From Candidatus Calditenuaceae archaeon (lineage in GTDB: Archaea > Thermoproteota > Nitrososphaeria_A > Caldarchaeales > Calditenuaceae): a stretch of 11,624 nucleotides of DNA. The notes beneath the pieces were generated by a model. That model did no database searches. It was not told the origin of the DNA and saw only the letters and a program-made list of their open reading frames with translations. The stretch lies in the NCBI GenBank assembly GCA_025058055.1, contig JANXEU010000029.1, forward strand, positions 1 through 11,624, given 5' to 3'. Position numbers and translations under genes: made by a program. Every line of letters starts with the position of its first letter. Within the stretch, counting starts at the first letter, position 1. Positions 7,017-11,624 of this stretch are shown in pieces.

Positions 7017-8207
7017 TTGAGCGGATCGAGGAGCCACGTCAACGTAGCGATCTTCATGGTCAGCATAGGGTTAGCCAACGCCCTCTCGACCGGCTTGCAA
7101 CCGCTTCTCCCATACTTCATCAGGGGCTTGGGGGCCACCGTTGAGCAGGTAGGCTTCGCCCTGGCCCTCTCAAGAGTCTCGTACCTAATTCTCTCGCCGA
7201 TAGGTGGGGTCCTAGCTGACATGTGGGGGAGGAAGACGGTGCTTGTGCTGTCACCGCTGATCACGGGCTTCGCCTACCTGCTGCTGGCTGAGTCGACCGA
7301 CTGGCTGTCGTCGGTGGTACCGCTGATGCTGATCATGCTTCCTGTAGCGCTAACCGGACCGGCGGTCTTCGCGTACATCGCGGACCTCTCTTCTGCAGAG
7401 AGATACGGTCGATTCTACGGCCTGTACTTCGGCGTCGTCAACGCGGCCACCGTCATAGGGTACCTGGCTGCCGGACCACTTGTCGAGTTCAGCGGTTATC
7501 GGGCAGTCTTTCAAATCACCGCACTGACCCTCCTCCTAAGTGCAGCCCTGCGGATCGCACTGAAGGAAACCCGTACCCGAAAGGACAGCACTACGATGGA
7601 CCTCAGCCTCCTGCTGAGGAGCTCTGTAAAAGCGGCATCCAAGGGGCCGCTGCCGGCCCTCATCACGCTCAGGAGCCTCAACTTAGCGCAGATATGGGTT
7701 CTGACCGGAATCGTCATACCGTTAGTCGCAAGGGACGTCATACAGCTGAGCGAATCAGACCTGACCTTGATGTTCGCGTTCGAATCGATCGTCTTCGCGT
7801 CTCTTTCCACGCTCGGTGGAAGGTTGGTAGAGGGTGAGAGGTGGTTCCTGTACATCTGGTTGGAGATAGTTATGCGCTCTCTGAGTGTATTGGTTCTCAT
7901 AACTATGAGCACGTGGTTCGGGGTTCTGCTCGCGCTGCTCTTGGGATCAGGTCTAGCCATCTTTTTCCAGCCATTCGTCGACTCAAGAACCTCCGCTCAC
8001 GTCGACAGGTCCATAAGGGGAGGGGTCTGGGGAATCCAGCAGCTGCTGTACACCGCATCTACAATGGTAGCCACGTACGGTGCTAGCCTCGTGTGGGAGA
8101 CTCTTGGCTATCAGATCGCTATTTGGTTCACCGTGCTGCCGGTAATGTTCATGATTCCGATAGTTCATCAGATTCGTAAACAGACCGTTTTGGCAAACGC
8201 TCGGTGA
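7017..8207 (+). CDS. Major facilitator superfamily (MFS) transporter; substrate unknown
   Basis: The 396-aa hydrophobic ORF carries MFS motif A in the TM2-TM3 loop (GGVLADMWGRKTVL) and multiple TM segments throughout. The start is TTG at 7017, the first start codon after the in-frame TAA at 6990-6992. ATG 7056 is an alternative. Confidence 0.8.
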   Translation: MSGSRSHVNVAIFMVSIGLANALSTGLQPLLPYFIRGLGATVEQVGFALALSRVSYLILSPIGGVLADMWGRKTVLVLSPLITGFAYLLLAESTDWLSSVVPLMLIMLPVALTGPAVFAYIADLSSAERYGRFYGLYFGVVNAATVIGYLAAGPLVEFSGYRAVFQITALTLLLSAALRIALKETRTRKDSTTMDLSLLLRSSVKAASKGPLPALITLRSLNLAQIWVLTGIVIPLVARDVIQLSESDLTLMFAFESIVFASLSTLGGRLVEGERWFLYIWLEIVMRSLSVLVLITMSTWFGVLLALLLGSGLAIFFQPFVDSRTSAHVDRSIRGGVWGIQQLLYTASTMVATYGASLVWETLGYQIAIWFTVLPVMFMIPIVHQIRKQTVLANAR

Positions 8208-8281
8208 TCTTTTCCAAATTGCCATCAAAATACACTGTCCAGCACCTAAAGTGAGAAATCGTAGAGCAGAACGACCGAGAG

Positions 8282-8292
8282 CTTAATCATTT
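8282..8292 (+). promoter_or_regulatory. Candidate TATA-like element for the 8313..9185 gene
   Basis: CTTAATCATTT is centred about 26 nt upstream of ATG 8313. The match to a TATA box is weak. Confidence 0.3.
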
Positions 8293-8312
8293 GGATATCT
8301 GTGTAGTGATAG

Positions 8313-9185
8313 ATGGCCACCGAGGCTATAAGGTCGAATGTGTTAGCCGCCTTGGTCGAGCTCGCTTCTTCGGGAACGACTCTCATCAAGCCTATGTTCG
8401 ATCCACAGGCACCGAACGGGGTGTCCTACCCGGAGGCTGATGAAGCGTTCAACACCAAAGGTGCCGAGACCGAGGAGCTCCTCGAGAACCTTCACAGGGC
8501 CGGCATGCTGAAGAGGACACTTTTAGACGTCATAAGGGCGTGTCCGGTATGTGGACACGTCGACGTTGAGGCAAGGGAAGCGTGTCCGAGTTGCAAGTCC
8601 CCGAATTTGACAGTTGGGGACCGAAAGGTGTCTTGCATGAGTTGTGGAACGGTATCTCAATCTCCCGAGTTCGTGCTTCACTGTAGCAAATGCGGGAATC
8701 TGTTCCCTCAAGAAGCAGCTAAGTTACGGCCGCTATTCGCTTACCTGATCGCCAAATCGACGCTAACGGAACAAGAAAGGACCGCGAAGTCTAACGTGAT
8801 AGAGATAACTGGAAGGCTCGTATTGCAAACCCCTCTCATGGAGGAGATGAGGAGGGTCATGGAGAGCATGACTGAGAGAATAGAGAAGGCAGTCAACAGG
8901 CTCGTCGAAACTTCAGGTCGGTTGGAGGCCGGATCGCAGGCGACTGGGCAGGGCAGGGCCTTTACGAGGACCACCCTGTCACCCGCGCTTAGGAAGACGC
9001 TGGAGGCCCTCTCTCAGGTGGGAAGTGCCACGGCCGAAGAGGTCTCATCTCTGACCGGAAGGACGAGGCCCCTCGAGAGCGTCTATCTCAACCAGCTGGC
9101 CTATATGGGATACGCTACAAAGGAGAGGAAAGGACAGAGGATCTACTTCAGGTCCTTGAACCAGACGATGTTGGAGATGAAATGA
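8313..9185 (+). CDS. Soluble double Zn-ribbon protein with a coiled-coil segment and a C-terminal winged helix-turn-helix; putative transcription regulator and paralog of the Zn-ribbon module in 5133..6740
   Basis: The ORF is 290 aa, with Cys pairs at residues 77/80, 91/94, 108/111 and 124/127 (nt 8541-8693). A heptad-like segment reads LMEEMRRVMESMTERIEKAVNRLVE. The C-terminal LRKTLEALSQVGSATAEEVSSLTGRTRPLESVYLNQLAYMGYATKERKGQRIYFRS has a MarR/ArsR-like wHTH pattern. Confidence 0.7.
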   Translation: MATEAIRSNVLAALVELASSGTTLIKPMFDPQAPNGVSYPEADEAFNTKGAETEELLENLHRAGMLKRTLLDVIRACPVCGHVDVEAREACPSCKSPNLTVGDRKVSCMSCGTVSQSPEFVLHCSKCGNLFPQEAAKLRPLFAYLIAKSTLTEQERTAKSNVIEITGRLVLQTPLMEEMRRVMESMTERIEKAVNRLVETSGRLEAGSQATGQGRAFTRTTLSPALRKTLEALSQVGSATAEEVSSLTGRTRPLESVYLNQLAYMGYATKERKGQRIYFRSLNQTMLEMK

Positions 9186-9347
9186 ACCGAGCGCCCTTGA
9201 ATACGGATTGGCAACTCGTTTCCGTCTCTTACCATGAGGGAGTTGTATGATCTGCTACGGAGCGAAGCGGCTGACACCTTATGGGATGCAACAGTTACCT
9301 GAAACTCGAGACCAATCGGGAACGCGGGGGTTTAGCTGTCCGTTGGG

Positions 9348-9363
9348 TATACTATTTTTATAT
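9348..9363 (+). promoter_or_regulatory. Strong TATA-like box, probably the promoter of the large pilin-like operon
   Basis: TATACTATTTTTATAT lies 31-46 nt upstream of ATG 9394. It sits inside the N-terminal extension that the ORF track proposes (start 9247). Confidence 0.55.
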
Positions 9364-9393
9364 GACGCAGTGGCGGCTAAGATTAGATCCTTG

Positions 9394-10614
9394 ATGAGAA
9401 TGATGGTTCGTCAACCTCGTGACGCGATTAAAGGTCGTATGGGAATCTCGCCAGCCGTTGCGACCGCGATTCTGGCTGGCGTCACCCTTTTCCTAGGTAT
9501 TTTACTCATCACGCTCAGTGCTGGCTGGTTCAGCGTTAACGCGACCGATCTGAACCTACAGGCCAACCGCGAGATACAGTTGATCAAGACTTCAGGGTTA
9601 CTGGTCTTCGAAAGCGTTAGGTACGCTGCAAACTCAGCTAGTCGTAGTGCAACAGTCAGGAACGTCTCCGAAGTCGAGTTATGCGTGACCAGAGTTGAGT
9701 TGATCCGCGAAAACGGTATTCTGGCTGGGGTATGGCCCACGTCCCCTGAGGGGTGGGCGAGGTGTGATCCGACTGGACTGAATCCTATTATGTCTAGGCA
9801 GAGCCTCAATCTCAGCGCAACGGATGGTACCTTACCGCCTTGCATCGACTGCAGCCCTGGAGAGCGCATCAGGCTGAGAGTTTGGTACATCGCGAGGTCA
9901 CTTTACGATCAAAACAACCCTGTGAACTCTGCGGACGAGATGCGCTTCACTGAGACGCTGATCGTCTTCCCAGGAACGAGGAGAGTCGGAATGTGCACTG
10001 CAAATTTGGGTAGCAGGTATGTCGTCCTGAGCTCCATCGACCCGCTCACGAACTACAACAACGGTCGAATAATGGACAGCCCCAACGACAAGCTTTACCT
10101 CGGTTTCTCGCATTCGACACCAGCAACAGACAACCCCGTGCACTTCGGAGTTAAACTAGTGGGACGCGATAACGTCGTAGTAGTAATAAGCAGTAACCTG
10201 AGGATAGATGTGCCATACGAGCAGGCCATCGCTGGAGCAGCTGGTATATCAACGCCCTTCTCAGCGTACGCCAGCGGTTACTATCAACCGGTTCCATGGG
10301 AGTTTTACTTCGACAGAACCGATGACGGAGTGTTGCACGTCTCAGACATCCGGCTGATAACACAGTACCGCTCCTACCTGAGCGAGTTTCCGATTCTGAC
10401 GAGCGTTCAGCTTACACTGGGCAAATTATACGGTGTAGCTGTGCACGACAGGCCCGTTAATGTGTATTTAACTGATTGTAATGGCGTTCGTCTAGCGACT
10501 CTGTCCATCACGATCTCAGCGGGAAGCGAGGAGGAGTGGATCACCGTGTTCATAGACGTCCCTGAGATAATTGAGGTTACCGAGCTAGCGAAAGTGGAGG
10601 TTTACCTTAGATGA
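9394..10614 (+). CDS. Large (~406 aa) pilin-like protein with a class III signal peptide; candidate minor pilin or adhesin
   Basis: In the frame of ORF 9247..10614, the segment MRMMVRQPRDAIKGRMG|ISPAVATAILAGVTLFLGILLITL matches the leader/cleavage/hydrophobic-helix pattern of the small pilin (KKA|ISPVVATVIL). I moved the start to ATG 9394 because of the TATA box at 9348-9363 and the implausible 49-aa extension. ATG 9400 and 9403 are also possible. The remainder is beta-rich and carries several Cys. Confidence 0.75.
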   Translation: MRMMVRQPRDAIKGRMGISPAVATAILAGVTLFLGILLITLSAGWFSVNATDLNLQANREIQLIKTSGLLVFESVRYAANSASRSATVRNVSEVELCVTRVELIRENGILAGVWPTSPEGWARCDPTGLNPIMSRQSLNLSATDGTLPPCIDCSPGERIRLRVWYIARSLYDQNNPVNSADEMRFTETLIVFPGTRRVGMCTANLGSRYVVLSSIDPLTNYNNGRIMDSPNDKLYLGFSHSTPATDNPVHFGVKLVGRDNVVVVISSNLRIDVPYEQAIAGAAGISTPFSAYASGYYQPVPWEFYFDRTDDGVLHVSDIRLITQYRSYLSEFPILTSVQLTLGKLYGVAVHDRPVNVYLTDCNGVRLATLSITISAGSEEEWITVFIDVPEIIEVTELAKVEVYLR

Positions 10615-11624
10615 CCCGGAAGAGAACGCGCGGGGACTCAGACGTGGTCTCAACGGCCATCGCCCTCTCGTTGGTCGTTGCAATAGGGATAAGCTTGCTC
10701 ATCCTCCTCAACTCCAGAGCTATGATCAGCCGACAGGAAGCGGTCGAGGACCTGAACAGAGATCAACTTTTGCTGAGATCATTGCTCGCTGCGGATTACG
10801 CGCTGTTCCCCGATCCGAGACTGGGGGAGGGCTCGGGAATTGGTATGATCAAGTTTAGAAACGTCGGAGACGTGCCAATAACGATATTCAGGTTAATCGT
10901 GTACAGAAACGGATCTGTCTCTTCCGATTCAGGAATCAATCCTTCAAGGTTCATAACGCTCGGGGTAAGGTCTGAGGAAGAGAGAACGGAGGAGATTAGG
11001 TTCACCTGTCGTGGTTGCAGGGCCGGTGACCCGATACTCGTGACGGTTCACTACGTTCCCACCGCACTGATAAACCCGGCAGACCCTACCACCATCGATC
11101 CGCTCTACAGGACGATGCTCTACAAGGTTGCCGAGTTCAAGCCGATCGTACCTCAGGCGCTAGCTTCCCCCATCTGCCCGCTGCCGGATAACTGGATCTT
11201 CATCGAGTTCGTGGATCCTGTGGAGGAGATGATGAGACAGCAGGGAGGTCCTATTCAGGCTGTAATTACTAACAGGCTGAGGTTCAGGGTGACTATGGCC
11301 AGCAACCCCAATTTGGACACAACGATCAACGTCATAGTGACCGACGGCACTAATCAGATGACCGGATCGGTTCGAATATCTCCGCCCTACCCGAGGCAGT
11401 ACGAGGTCGAGCTACGGGGCCCGGTTCTCAGGTATCCCGTGTCGGTTCAGTTCACGTCTGATACTGTAGACATACGTCCGGAAACGTGGAGGTTCAACAC
11501 CGACAGCGAAGTCCTTATACCGGATTACATGCGCCTCAGCGTAGACAACCTCAACAACTTAGTTGTAGGTCTGTTGGCGTCAGCTTACGCGACCGAGGAC
11601 ACGTCTGCGACGGTGCGCATGGAC
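10611..11624 (+). CDS. Second large pilin-like protein with a class III signal-like N-terminus; partial (338 codons), continuing beyond the right window edge
   Basis: It is absent from the ORF track because there is no stop in the window. I translated it by hand from ATG 10611: MTRKRTRG|DSDVVSTAIALSLVVAIGISLLILLNSRAMISRQEAVEDL...; the frame is open to 11624. The ATG overlaps the upstream TGA (ATGA at 10611-10614), and GGAGG lies at 10596-10600. A basic leader with R-G followed by a hydrophobic helix fits the class III signal pattern. Confidence 0.75.
   Translation, partial: MTRKRTRGDSDVVSTAIALSLVVAIGISLLILLNSRAMISRQEAVEDLNRDQLLLRSLLAADYALFPDPRLGEGSGIGMIKFRNVGDVPITIFRLIVYRNGSVSSDSGINPSRFITLGVRSEEERTEEIRFTCRGCRAGDPILVTVHYVPTALINPADPTTIDPLYRTMLYKVAEFKPIVPQALASPICPLPDNWIFIEFVDPVEEMMRQQGGPIQAVITNRLRFRVTMASNPNLDTTINVIVTDGTNQMTGSVRISPPYPRQYEVELRGPVLRYPVSVQFTSDTVDIRPETWRFNTDSEVLIPDYMRLSVDNLNNLVVGLLASAYATEDTSATVRMD

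Noticed and set aside
6842-7264. ORFs 6842..7144 (+, TTG start) and 6989..7264 (-)
   Set aside because: They span the AT-rich spacer and overlap the MFS N-terminus out of frame or antisense. They contain no recognisable motifs, and the MFS frame carries the canonical motif A.
9247-9393. The N-terminal extension of the large pilin ORF (MICYGAKRLTPYGMQQ...)
   Set aside because: It would place the class III signal motif ~50 residues from the N-terminus and would contain the TATA-like box at 9348-9363. I treat the region as 5' intergenic/promoter sequence.
3565-10363. Remaining internal antisense or out-of-frame ORFs: 3565..3810, 3719..3946, 4674..5009, 4852..5037, 5430..5744, 5926..6210, 6203..6403, 6327..6524, 6469..6774, 7511..7960, 7841..8086, 7983..8228, 8523..8711, 8741..8974, 9411..9890, 9898..10143 and 10151..10363
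   Set aside because: Each is nested within, or antisense to, a longer ORF with a coherent domain architecture, and each has a biased R/S/P/H-rich composition. I see no evidence for overlapping genes.
1900-11624. The pilus locus as an integrated mobile element inserted at the tRNA gene
   Set aside because: I found no second copy of the tRNA 3' segment (GGGTTCGAATCCCACCCCCGGCA) elsewhere in the window. There is also no integrase, transposase or plasmid/virus-type gene. The only partial match (GGTTCGAATA near 11368) is too short to be meaningful. The far att site could still lie outside the window.
1-11624. CRISPR arrays, rRNA genes and IS elements
   Set aside because: No regularly spaced 25-40-nt repeats, rRNA-like conserved blocks, or terminal inverted repeats flanking a transposase-like ORF were seen on either strand.

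Overview
This window looks archaeal and Thermoproteota/Crenarchaeota-like. Evidence is high GC coding sequence with frequent AGG (Arg) and ATA (Ile) codons, TATA-like boxes about 25-35 nt upstream of start codons suggesting near-leaderless mRNAs, and a tRNA carrying two introns. From left to right: (1) the 5' part of a NuoL/MrpA-family antiporter-like subunit on the minus strand, which is missing from the ORF track because it runs off the window; (2) a small membrane-anchored beta-rich hypothetical protein; (3) a tRNA(CAU) interrupted by two short introns; (4) a type IV pilus-like locus occupying the remaining ~9.4 kb. That locus holds two small paralogous pilin-like genes, a divergently transcribed FlaJ/TadC-type polytopic platform protein, and a membrane-anchored protein with six CxxC pairs. 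It also holds an MFS transporter, a soluble paralog with four CxxC pairs and a C-terminal winged helix, and two large translationally coupled pilin-like proteins, the last truncated by the window edge. No assembly ATPase, prepilin peptidase, CRISPR array, rRNA, transposase or integrase is visible. The most interesting signal is the locus architecture. The platform gene appears monocistronic with no partner ATPase, one pilin paralog apparently lacks any prepilin leader, and a membrane-tethered/soluble pair shares a Zn-ribbon module that may be a dedicated regulatory pair. All functional calls rest on motif recognition by eye and no database search was possible.
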